Shown: in pieces, positions 53,133-64,000 of the stretch
Layout: the number at the start of each line of letters is the position of its first letter
Numbering within the stretch: position 1 is the first letter of the stretch
DNA from: Bdellovibrionales bacterium
GTDB lineage: Bacteria > Bdellovibrionota > Bdellovibrionia > Bdellovibrionales > JAUICD01
Direction of reading: 5' to 3'
Length of the DNA stretch: 64,000 bases
Assembly: GCA_965262715.1 (NCBI GenBank)
Contig: OZ253553.1
Span: 1,152,001-1,216,000 of the forward strand
Translations under genes and position numbers: made by a program
Notes under the pieces: model-generated
Seen by the model: the letters and a program-made list of their open reading frames with translations, nothing else
Databases searched by the model: none
What the model was told of the DNA's origin: nothing

Positions 53133-53287
53133 AAGATAAATTTTCCCTAACATCATGTTAAAAAACGAAGCATATCTTCCCTACTAAAATGTATCTTCTT
53201 TCTAGGTAGTCAGCATTTTATTGAAGGCGTGAGCCTTCAGGCTGACTGCCAGAAAGTCGCCAGAGGCGAGATGCATTTTAGTGAAAA
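53133..53287 (+). ncRNA. Putative structured element, copy B, abutting the tRNA 3' end
   Basis: Stems ACTAAAATGTATCT/AGATGCATTTTAGT, GGTAGTCAGC/GCTGACTGCC, TGAAGGC-GTGA-GCCTTCA, TCGCC-AGA-GGCGA. Confidence 0.6.
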
Positions 53288-53363
<76 letters not shown>

Positions 53364-53494
53364 ATAACGTTTACTTATAACCCTATTATAAGACTTTGTA
53401 AAGCATAATACCATTTAGATATAAAGATATGTAGAAAAGAGAAAACTATAACCTTAATCTTAAATATATAAAGGTATAATTTAAATATTCTTAC

Positions 53495-54898
53495 TTAATC
53501 AAACTCATTATTATTGAGCTTTCTAAAATAGTCATTTGTGGCTTTTTGTACCTTAGGAAATAATAACCAAACAGCAATAAGGTTAGGAACAACCATTAAA
53601 CCATTGGCTACATCACTAAAGTTAATGATGACACTTGAAGACCAAACAGAACCTAAAACGATAAATAAACAGAATAGTATTTTATAACCCATCAAATAGA
53701 ACTCTGTATTTTTTTTATCTTTAAATAAAAAGTGAGTCACTGATTCTCCATAATACGCGTAAGTCAATGCAGTAGAATAAGCAAATAGAGTGACGATAAT
53801 AGGTAGAATATAGTTTCCAAAACCAGGAAGCGCAGAATTAAAAGCTGCAGAAGTTAAATCTACTCCCCCTACTCCTGTCATATCTTCTGACATCCAAACT
53901 CCAGACATTAAAATTACCAGAGCTGTCATAGTGCATATAATTACGGTATCAATAAAAGGTTCTAATAAGGCCACTAACCCTTCTCTGGCAGGGTATTTTG
54001 TGCTAGCTGCTGCATGAGCTATAGATGCAGTGCCAAGACCCGCTTCATTAGAAAAAGAAGCACGCCTTGCTCCTTGCTTCATCACCTCAGCAAATACGAC
54101 TCCAGTAAAACCGCCTACAGCAGCTGTGCCGTTAAAAGCATCTGATATAATTTGTGCAAAAAGGCTAGGTACTTCAGAAATATTCATAAAAATAACCAAC
54201 GAACAAGCAATAATATAAACAACACCCATAAAAGGAACCAAATAACTCGCAATCAAACCAATTCTCTTAATACCACCTATAATAACAACACCAACCAATG
54301 TGGATACTACAATACCCGTTAAAAGCTGAGGTATTCCAAAAGAAGTGTTTAAAGACTGTGCCATATAATAGCTTTGAAATAAGTTGCCCATTCCAAAAGA
54401 ACTGATCATACAAGCTATCGCAAAAAAGATGGCCAAAAACTTCCATGATGGACCCAATCCATTTATAATGTACTGCATAGGTCCACCTAAGACTTTTCCT
54501 TTGCTATCGATATCCCTGTACAAAACACCTAGGGTGCATTCAGCATATTTTGTGGCCATTCCAACAAGGCCAATCAAAATCATCCAGAATGTGGCGCCTG
54601 GTCCTCCTGTCTGAATAGCTATAGCTACACCAGCTATGTTTCCGAGACCTACAGTGCCAGATAAAGCTGCCGAAAGTGCTTGAAAATGTGTGATTTCACC
54701 AGGGTCTGTTTTCTTATCATACCTACCACTTACAATCTTTATAGCATGTAAGAATCCTTTTAATTGAATGCCCTTAAGCAATACAGAGAATAATAGACCA
54801 GATCCTACTAAAAGAATAACTAAAGGTAGGCCCCAAACATAATCAACAGCAGCTTTTAAAAATAAATCAATACTTATAGTAATGCTTTCAAATGACAA
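53495..54898 (-). CDS. Alanine/glycine:cation symporter (AGCS family)
   Basis: LSGTVGLGNIAGVA, GGPGA.FWM, GGPM.Y, FSNEAGLG. Confidence 0.92.
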   Translation of the reverse strand: MSFESITISIDLFLKAAVDYVWGLPLVILLVGSGLLFSVLLKGIQLKGFLHAIKIVSGRYDKKTDPGEITHFQALSAALSGTVGLGNIAGVAIAIQTGGPGATFWMILIGLVGMATKYAECTLGVLYRDIDSKGKVLGGPMQYIINGLGPSWKFLAIFFAIACMISSFGMGNLFQSYYMAQSLNTSFGIPQLLTGIVVSTLVGVVIIGGIKRIGLIASYLVPFMGVVYIIACSLVIFMNISEVPSLFAQIISDAFNGTAAVGGFTGVVFAEVMKQGARRASFSNEAGLGTASIAHAAASTKYPAREGLVALLEPFIDTVIICTMTALVILMSGVWMSEDMTGVGGVDLTSAAFNSALPGFGNYILPIIVTLFAYSTALTYAYYGESVTHFLFKDKKNTEFYLMGYKILFCLFIVLGSVWSSSVIINFSDVANGLMVVPNLIAVWLLFPKVQKATNDYFRKLNNNEFD

Positions 54899-55026
54899 AA
54901 TATCCTCTTTTAATTAGGAAATAGCATATTTCTGGTTATAAAAGTCAATAAATAACTTTAATTATAGCATATTGCATCACTTTTATGAGATTTATACAAG
55001 TAAATGCCACCTACTGAAAGATATGA

Positions 55027-55998
55027 CTATTTAGGTGGATTTTTTTCTTTAGTTTCGGCTTCTAAAGCTTCCTTTTTTTCTTTTTCTTGTTGAAAAAGAT
55101 GTGCAAACTTGTTCACAAATCGATTTGCTGTCTTTTCTAATTGTATAAATTCATCAGTCGCTCTGAATTTTAAGGAACTTATCTTACCTACACTCAGATC
55201 TTCTAAAAATCTCTGAAAAGCATAGATAGGTCCTGCCACTCGGTGAGAAATAGCTACACCTGAGAAAAATAAAATAACCATAAAAGCAATACTCACAAGA
55301 CAGTAGATGATAAGAAAAGTAAGAAGTATTCCTTCAAGTTCCTGGGCGGACTGTTCCAAATTGCTCGACTCTATTTCCCCAAGTGCTACTTTAAGAAAAG
55401 TGTAAGAATAAATACCCGCAATAACAGCAAAAGCACCTCCAAATAAAACCAACCGTAGGCAATAACGAAGTTGATACTTTTTATCAACCCAGTAGCTTTG
55501 CCTTAAATTGGATTCAGGCCATAAATCTTGGCCCTCTGTCACAAAGCCATAGAATATAATGATATACCCCACCCATTGCAATAGATCTGCTAAATTAAAA
55601 ATAGGAGAGTTATAAGAAAAAACCGAAACAAAAACAAAGTCAACAACATGCCCCCAGTAGATACGATCAGTGATATTACCTAAAATACCACCTAACAAAA
55701 TAGACATCCCAATTCTTAAACAAGGCACCTTTAGAGGTAAAAAAATCTGTATCACTATAAATATAAATATTAAAAATCCTCCACTTGTAGATAGAGAAAC
55801 AATACGTAATATAGGCGGCAAATTAGAAAAAAAACCAAAAATAGCTCCAGGATTATAATGCAAGGTAAATCCAATGGGGCCATAAAATTGAATGCCAGAA
55901 AAATCCAAAAACATGTATTTGGTGACTTGATCACCAAACCAAACAAGTGCCACAGGTAGTATAACTAAAAAAAACCAATCTCTCTTTTTAATGAGCAT
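55027..55998 (-). CDS. lspA: Lipoprotein signal peptidase II with C-terminal 2TM/HAMP-like extension
   Basis: DQVTK, NPGAIFG, GGILGNITDR, VVDF, FNLAD. Confidence 0.85.
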   Translation of the reverse strand: MLIKKRDWFFLVILPVALVWFGDQVTKYMFLDFSGIQFYGPIGFTLHYNPGAIFGFFSNLPPILRIVSLSTSGGFLIFIFIVIQIFLPLKVPCLRIGMSILLGGILGNITDRIYWGHVVDFVFVSVFSYNSPIFNLADLLQWVGYIIIFYGFVTEGQDLWPESNLRQSYWVDKKYQLRYCLRLVLFGGAFAVIAGIYSYTFLKVALGEIESSNLEQSAQELEGILLTFLIIYCLVSIAFMVILFFSGVAISHRVAGPIYAFQRFLEDLSVGKISSLKFRATDEFIQLEKTANRFVNKFAHLFQQEKEKKEALEAETKEKNPPK

Positions 55999-56029
55999 AA
56001 ATCACTTTTTATTTTGTTAGAAAATAAAT

Positions 56030-57541
56030 TTAAAGTTGTTTTTTTTCTACATAAATTAAAGGCGTAAAATCTCCGTTTAAAGACGGTTGATAATTTATAA
56101 CCCGTTTATGAACAATAGATACATCTGTATGATACCATAGAGGAATAATCGGAAGATCATCTATAATAATTTCCTGTACTTTTTGATAGATGGCTTGTCT
56201 TTTTTGAAGAGTTTTTACCTGAGAACCTAATTCCAATAACTCATCTAATTCATTGTTTTTATAAAAACCTCTATTTCTACCTTTAGGAGGAATCTCTAAA
56301 GAATGAAGTGCTATTTTATAGATCTCAGGGGAAAGAACACCTACCCATGTCATCATTGCCATCTGGAAACGCCCAGCTTGAATATCTCCATAATAAGTGG
56401 CCCATTCAAAACTCTGCAGTTGAGTGTTTAACCCAGCTTTTTGAAGCTGGTTGGTAATCACCTTACCAATTTCTACAGAAGAAGACTTATTAGACGTTTT
56501 TAATAAAAGAGACGATTTCAGTTTTAACCGATTAAAAATCTCTTGAGATGCTTTTAGGTTGTATTGTAAACCTTTGATTTTTTTATGAAAAAATGGATTG
56601 TCAGGAGTTAAAAGAGACGTAGCAATTCTTCCCAGCCCAGAAAGTTTAAATTGAATAATCTCATCCCTATTAAGTGCTGTAGAAATAGCTCTTCGGACAG
56701 ACAGATTAGATAGCACTGGGTCCTTTAAGTTCAAAAGAAGATAGCTAACTTTTAATCCAGGGTATTTAAATATTTGAAAATTTGTATTGTCTGTAAATTC
56801 TTTTATTTTATGCACTGGCATCTCTGATTGAATGATGTCAAGTTCCTCTTTTAGAGCTTTGAAATAAAGAGTATTATCACTTCTAATAACTTTAAATATG
56901 ACATTTTTTACTTTAGGCACTGCAATATGATGTTGTTCTCTTGCCTTAAGTATAATTTCATTAGAAGATTGTTTTTCAATACTAAAATGGCCACTTCCTA
57001 TAAGGTGCTTAGAAAAATCGTCTTTATATTTTGTAACAATAGCTTTAGGTAGTATCTTAATGACAGAAATATCTGTAAATAAAGAAAAGGGAGCACGGAA
57101 TCTAGAAAGTATAAGCTGAACTTGAATATGACCATCCTTATTATCGACTTTGAACTCCTTAATGAAATTAAAAGCGCTTTTAAAAGGACCTTTTGTCGTA
57201 TACTCTTTCAGTGAAAAGAGGATATCCTCTTTTGTAACAGGAGACCCATTTGAGAATTTCAAGTTTTCATGTAGATCAAAGGTGTAGGTTAAGTTATTAT
57301 AAGTCCAGCTTTTTGCAGCATCATTTACAGGTTTGAGCTCTGGTCCTATACGAACAAAACAGCTAAAAAGAAGCCCCGCGATATATTGTCCATTAGCATC
57401 TGTTGTAAAGCGTGGGTCTAGTGTTTGAGGCTGGCTTGTAATTGCTACTTGTAAAGTATCTGATAAGTCTCTTGAACCTGTGCAGGAAATAAGCGCAAGG
57501 ATAAAAAAAATACATGCAAAAAAGTTTAAAAACTGGTTCAT
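56030..57541 (-). CDS. Peptide ABC transporter substrate-binding lipoprotein (family 5)
   Basis: Lipobox, PQTLDP, KFSNGSP, IGSG.F, VRRAI, DLPIIPL. Confidence 0.9.
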   Translation of the reverse strand: MNQFLNFFACIFFILALISCTGSRDLSDTLQVAITSQPQTLDPRFTTDANGQYIAGLLFSCFVRIGPELKPVNDAAKSWTYNNLTYTFDLHENLKFSNGSPVTKEDILFSLKEYTTKGPFKSAFNFIKEFKVDNKDGHIQVQLILSRFRAPFSLFTDISVIKILPKAIVTKYKDDFSKHLIGSGHFSIEKQSSNEIILKAREQHHIAVPKVKNVIFKVIRSDNTLYFKALKEELDIIQSEMPVHKIKEFTDNTNFQIFKYPGLKVSYLLLNLKDPVLSNLSVRRAISTALNRDEIIQFKLSGLGRIATSLLTPDNPFFHKKIKGLQYNLKASQEIFNRLKLKSSLLLKTSNKSSSVEIGKVITNQLQKAGLNTQLQSFEWATYYGDIQAGRFQMAMMTWVGVLSPEIYKIALHSLEIPPKGRNRGFYKNNELDELLELGSQVKTLQKRQAIYQKVQEIIIDDLPIIPLWYHTDVSIVHKRVINYQPSLNGDFTPLIYVEKKQL

Positions 57542-57844
57542 AGTTTAATCTTAGATATCTTAAAGTCTAGCTTTTTATTAACTATAGGTTTATTTTCAAA
57601 GTACAAACATTTTAAAGGACTTTTTTAATAAAGTCTCTTTAAAACTTTAGGAGGGCTTAAACAGAAAGAAATAATAGAGACTTAGAGTAATTAAGCCAAC
57701 TCAGTTTTAATGTGTTGAGGAGATAGATAGAAATTAAGGACCTAACTCCAAAACTTGATCTTTCATTTTTTTAGATAAATATCCGACTTATATTTAGGTA
57801 CATTCATTTAACCAATAAACAGTACTCATCAAGAGGAATAAGAA

Positions 57845-58639
57845 ATGAACAACCTAAGATGGATATTCTTATCTGTTTTTTTATTGTTTTTAAGCATTGG
57901 ACACAACAAGCTAATAGCTAATGGAAATAACGATAGAAATACACAAAGAGGAGAACTCTTTAATAATGAAAGTGAAGAGATATGTGACCAAAGGCTTGCT
58001 CACATCACTGCTGACTATGGAGGTAATTTTTATGTTTTATGTCTGGAAACAGATGAAAATAATAGAATAAAAGGTTTTCATTACAATACTTACCGTAGAA
58101 AAACCTCTGAATTTGTGAATGGCAAGGCTTATAATGAAGATGAACTGGGGCTTCATAATTGTACACCGTCCCATTTGAACAAAGTTTCTCATGAAATGCC
58201 TTTAAGAAACCAAAACTCTCAAGCCACTCTCAATAACACTAATACAGTTTCTAATCAGCTGTCCTTAAACAACGACGTCAATTTTCCCGTAGCTGGAGAT
58301 AACACTAACTTTGAGAATTGTATTTCCAATCAGACAATTGATATGGGTTCTACAATCGGTTTTAGCGCCTTATATCTTCAAACTTCACACTTTAGTGTTG
58401 ATCAAGGAGGTTATTTATATCTGACATATCTTTCTTCTCCATTTGACAGATCTTATGAAACCTTAGGTCTTCATTTATTTAAATACAACAATAACTGGAT
58501 ACTCAGTGATCTGAATAATCAAAGAATTACAGCCTTAGATGTTGACTTAAACAAGCCTTGGTATCTAATTAAAGCTTTACCCTCAGGTATAAACGACATT
58601 CGTCCTATATATGAAGAAGATCTGTCAGTAGATAAATAA
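57845..58639 (+). CDS. Hypothetical secreted protein
   Basis: Signal peptide, RBS. Confidence 0.7.
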   Translation: MNNLRWIFLSVFLLFLSIGHNKLIANGNNDRNTQRGELFNNESEEICDQRLAHITADYGGNFYVLCLETDENNRIKGFHYNTYRRKTSEFVNGKAYNEDELGLHNCTPSHLNKVSHEMPLRNQNSQATLNNTNTVSNQLSLNNDVNFPVAGDNTNFENCISNQTIDMGSTIGFSALYLQTSHFSVDQGGYLYLTYLSSPFDRSYETLGLHLFKYNNNWILSDLNNQRITALDVDLNKPWYLIKALPSGINDIRPIYEEDLSVDK

Positions 58640-58709
58640 ACTTCACTTTTGTTTTGTAAAATAATCATATTTTATCTGTAATATTCTCCATTTGTTGTCT
58701 TATTTAAAA

Positions 58710-59174
58710 TTAAGATAACCTGTGTTTATCTGTTAATCGAAAAACTATTGGAAAAGTACATAAAATAGCACAACCTAAATCATATATGGCGCAAAGATAG
58801 GCATACCAATTTGGCATTGTTGCTAATGAAAGTAATGTCATACCATGTAATAGGTCAACGATTGTATGAGCTATAAATCCTATAGCTAAGTACCTCAAAG
58901 CTATGCGAGGTGTTTTATTAATAATGATTATAGCAAATAATAAAAAACCAACAGCAAGAACCATGTTAAGCCCACCATTGAAATTTTTAATAATAGGATC
59001 ATCTGCTATTGCAAACCCAATATATATACTAGCAATGAGGACCAACATCATTGTAGCAAATTGAACAAGATGAAGCTCTGTCCTTAAAATGGAGACTTGA
59101 CCCTTTGCTGTGACTGTCAAAAAAGTCAATCTTATAAGATAAAAAAATAAAAAACCAAAAATTAGGAAAAACAA
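58710..59174 (-). CDS. Hypothetical integral membrane protein
   Basis: About five hydrophobic segments. Confidence 0.6.
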   Translation of the reverse strand: MFFLIFGFLFFYLIRLTFLTVTAKGQVSILRTELHLVQFATMMLVLIASIYIGFAIADDPIIKNFNGGLNMVLAVGFLLFAIIIINKTPRIALRYLAIGFIAHTIVDLLHGMTLLSLATMPNWYAYLCAIYDLGCAILCTFPIVFRLTDKHRLS

Positions 59175-59594
59175 TTTACAAACTTTATCTTAATAAAAAC
59201 CACTAGATTCTTCTTTTTTCAATATTGTCTTAACTCATCTTACGCAAACTTTATAACTTTAAGATATCTGTTGCTTGTTGATTTATCCAAGTTAAACTTT
59301 GCTTGATTACCATCTTTTTAGAATCCATGAGGCCGGAAATCTGGCAGCCTGTTTATTTTGAACTTTTCCCTAATTTTTTTCTCCCACCAAAAGGTAACCG
59401 GTTCCCGGCAACCGTATGTCTGATTGCCAAATGAAAATAAAGCTTAACAAGAGAATACAGCTTATAATTTCAATATGTTGCCTTGAAATGGCAACATATA
59501 ACTTCTAGGGTTATGAAAGTTTTTCATATTTTTATATTAGAGTTATGAAAAATTTTCATGCTGGTTATAGAAAGCTATAAAAATTTCCTGACCT

Positions 59595-60557
59595 ATGTTA
59601 ATGTATCTAGTTATTATGAAACCTTTAGAGTACCCATCTTTAATAGTCCAAGTGTTCTCTTTGACTTTTTTGAGTTCTTTATTGAAGGTGGACTCTGAGT
59701 TTCTTGAACAGGCCAGAAAGGTTTTTGCAGATCCTAATGCCTTAGAGTGGGATTCTTACCTGCAACATCAGACTCAAATAGAATACCTTAAGCGTCATCT
59801 TCCTGATAGTGTCCTATCTCAAATCACAAACATGATGTGGTCTGATTTTTATTACGGTCGAAATACGAAAGAAATAGAAGATAAACTTTTACCTCACTTG
59901 AATCGAATATCTTCGGCGGAATACCAGTTGATTCAACCTACTCGCCTCCGAGCCATATCTAGGTTTAATTTGCATTTTGAGGGGAAAGAATGGGAAGTTC
60001 AACAGGTCAAAGCTCATAACTTTGAACAAAATGATGCTCTTTCAACTGAATATCAACAAGATTTTAGAATAGAAGGGGAGCGAAGGTTCAAAGAGTTGCA
60101 TCTAGGAGACATCTCAGAAACTTTAATTAGGATTCTTCAAAGCCTAGCTTCTCTTATTCATACATACAACTCTGAGATTTTAAATCTTGAAGTTTCTGTC
60201 CATTTTATGAGAATCATTAAACGGCCTTGGAGCTCTCAAGTTGTGACAAATTCTCCAGAAGGAATTCATCAGGATGGAATGGATTTTGTTGTTCCTGCTC
60301 TTGTTATTGAAAGAGAAAATATTCAAGGAGGCCAAAATTTGATTTATGATGCCAGAGGAGTTCCTTTAAGAGAAGATGGAAATCCTAATTTTAAAGAGCA
60401 CCCTCCAAATAAAGAAATTATGTTACTTCCAGGTTATGGACTTTTACACCAGGATCAAGGCAGCCCTCTTTGGCATAAAGTCACTTCCATTGAACTTCAA
60501 GATCATTCAATAGAAGGATATCGATCTATCATTGGAATTGATTTTCAAATAAAATAG
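59595..60557 (+). CDS. 2OG-Fe(II) dioxygenase family protein
   Basis: NSPEGIHQDG, LWHKVTSI, YRSIIGID. Confidence 0.8.
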   Translation: MLMYLVIMKPLEYPSLIVQVFSLTFLSSLLKVDSEFLEQARKVFADPNALEWDSYLQHQTQIEYLKRHLPDSVLSQITNMMWSDFYYGRNTKEIEDKLLPHLNRISSAEYQLIQPTRLRAISRFNLHFEGKEWEVQQVKAHNFEQNDALSTEYQQDFRIEGERRFKELHLGDISETLIRILQSLASLIHTYNSEILNLEVSVHFMRIIKRPWSSQVVTNSPEGIHQDGMDFVVPALVIERENIQGGQNLIYDARGVPLREDGNPNFKEHPPNKEIMLLPGYGLLHQDQGSPLWHKVTSIELQDHSIEGYRSIIGIDFQIK

Positions 60558-61004
60558 TGCTGTTGGTTTATTTTTATGGCCAATGCCTGACACCATGTCT
60601 GACGTATTTTAGCAACTGACCCTACGCAAAATATATTTTAAAACAGAGTTTTCTAATGATTTATTTTTGTTCATACTTATTTAATGGACAAAAAAATACT
60701 TGATATTTACATCTGTATTTTTAGTATACTCTAATGTACTAAAAAAGAAAAAGTTAAAGAAGCTCTCTATTATTCTAAAATAACAAAAGCATCAAAATAT
60801 TTATTTGCATCTCCTACTATCAGAGCTGCATTTTTAGGAATAATAGGAAAAAATTCAACATTTCTAAACCACTTTGGCAAATAATGAATATATATTGTTT
60901 GTTTTATACCTGTGTTTATCTACTTTTTCTTTTGCCAATGAGTCAATCTATTCTATATAGATCAGTAGTTAAAATCTAATTACACCCTTTATAGCTGAAA
61001 TGAG

Positions 61005-62042
61005 CTAAGATAACTCTGGAAGGACAATTTTATTGTCTACACCAAAGATCATAGAAATAAGAGCAGCCCTCGTCCACATACCGTTCCTCTCCTGTCGCCA
61101 GTACATTGCGCGAGGATCATTGTCCACAGCAATGTCTAACTCCTGACAGCGTGGCAAAGGATGCATGATCACACAGTTATCACCAATAAGTCTTAGATGC
61201 TCCTCTCTAAAAAAGAAGTTCTTAATAGATGGGTCCGGCACTGTATCATCTTCGTATTCTGACTGAATACGTGTAATATAAATAGCGTCAGCCTCACTAA
61301 TAGATTTTTTAAAATCTTGTGTTTGAGTAAAGTCTATCCCTTCAGAAACAAGCAATTGATATATATCTTCCTTGATTTGATAAGCTTCAGGTGAAACAAG
61401 GAGTAAACGTACATTTTTAAATAAACAGAGAATTCGTATCAAAGAACGAGTGGTACGGCTTCTTTTAAGGTCCCCTACAAAACATATAGTCTTACCCTCA
61501 ATGTTTCCACTGCCTTTGAAACTCCTCATCAAAGTATAAATATCTAATGCTGCTTGTGTTGGGTGTTCATCAGGCCCACTACCTGCGTTAACAATCGGAA
61601 CTTTCCTAGGACTTTGATCAAGATGTTCAGCCACATTCTCACTCAAACCGGGTATAACTGAACGTATAATCATTAAATCCGCATAACTTGAAAAAGTCCG
61701 CAGAGAATCTAATGTGCTTTCTCCCTTCATTTCAGAACTTGTAGAAGGATCTCTGATTTCTAATGTCTGCATGCCTAAAATATGACACGCTGATTGAAAT
61801 GATAAGAATGTACGTGTAGAAACCTGGGTGAAATACAACATCACACGTTTTTCATTCAATAATCCTTTAAGATAAATCAACCCATCTTTAGACTTATCAA
61901 ATCGCCGAATATGATTTGTCACTCTATAAAGATACTTTAAAGTGGGTAGGTCAAACTGACTAGATTTTAAAATATGATACAAGATGGTAGCCCCTGTTAT
62001 TAAACTCCCCCTTAGATATAATATAAATATTATGGTTGTCAA
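61005..62042 (-). CDS. pyrB: Aspartate carbamoyltransferase catalytic subunit
   Basis: STRT, KGES, HPTQ, GDLK.SRT, MHPLP. Confidence 0.92.
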   Translation of the reverse strand: MTTIIFILYLRGSLITGATILYHILKSSQFDLPTLKYLYRVTNHIRRFDKSKDGLIYLKGLLNEKRVMLYFTQVSTRTFLSFQSACHILGMQTLEIRDPSTSSEMKGESTLDSLRTFSSYADLMIIRSVIPGLSENVAEHLDQSPRKVPIVNAGSGPDEHPTQAALDIYTLMRSFKGSGNIEGKTICFVGDLKRSRTTRSLIRILCLFKNVRLLLVSPEAYQIKEDIYQLLVSEGIDFTQTQDFKKSISEADAIYITRIQSEYEDDTVPDPSIKNFFFREEHLRLIGDNCVIMHPLPRCQELDIAVDNDPRAMYWRQERNGMWTRAALISMIFGVDNKIVLPELS

Positions 62043-62081
62043 TACTTAAAAATAGCCGAATTTTAAGATAAACAAGGATTG

Positions 62082-63806
<1,725 letters not shown>

Positions 63807-63887
63807 TTAACTTTTCTCCTAAAGATTCTTATGCTCTCAAATTTTTTAAGCAATAGTCAGTAAGAGAGTAGGAAAATGCCTTATAAT

Positions 63888-64000
63888 CTAAATAATTTCA
63901 CTCTGCGCTTTAGTTAAATCCAGGTTAACACTTGCTCCCATTGCCGAAGAAATAGTTAGTTTTTTTAAATAAACTCCCTTGCTTTTATCAGGTTTGGCCT
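63888..64000 (-). CDS. rplA: 50S ribosomal protein L1, C-terminal part (partial)
   Basis: Manual translation AKPDKSKGVYLKKLTISSAMGASVNLD..EII*. Confidence 0.85.
   Translation of the reverse strand, partial: AKPDKSKGVYLKKLTISSAMGASVNLDLTKAQSEII

Noticed and set aside
59380..59432. SAM-I or cobalamin riboswitch (CCCGGCAACC..TGCCAAAT)
   Set aside because: Upstream conserved aptamer segments are absent

Overview
AT-rich bacterial DNA, probably Bdellovibrionota (inferred from the type IVa pilins, PilZ-like protein, secreted hypothetical proteins and extended LspA). About 1-53290 is an eroded, defence-rich accessory region anchored at the 3' end of a minus-strand tRNA-Ala(UGC) at 53288-53363. From 53400 to 64000 it is mostly housekeeping (Ala/Gly symporter, lspA, peptide-binding protein, pyrB, pyrG, end of rplA). 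The accessory region carries type I, IIG and BsuBI/PstI-like restriction-modification, HigBA-like, HicAB and AbiE toxin-antitoxin pairs, a ubiquitin-like/E2-E1/Zn-finger operon, an OLD nuclease-HEPN-UvrD cluster, a three-gene operon with a possible ADP-ribosyltransferase, two pilins, IS30/IS903-like pieces and a group II intron remnant. The main hidden structure is seven junctions sharing the core TGGTGGA (two with one mismatch; reverse complement of the tRNA 3' end) whose left and right arms are swapped combinatorially. Left arms are C-terminal stumps of large serine recombinase genes, some carrying a ~155-nt covarying structured element. Most right arms open a gene for an HTH plus recombinase DNA-binding protein with no catalytic domain. 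This suggests an integron-like cassette array built by a serine recombinase. All family assignments come from motif recognition, not database searches.
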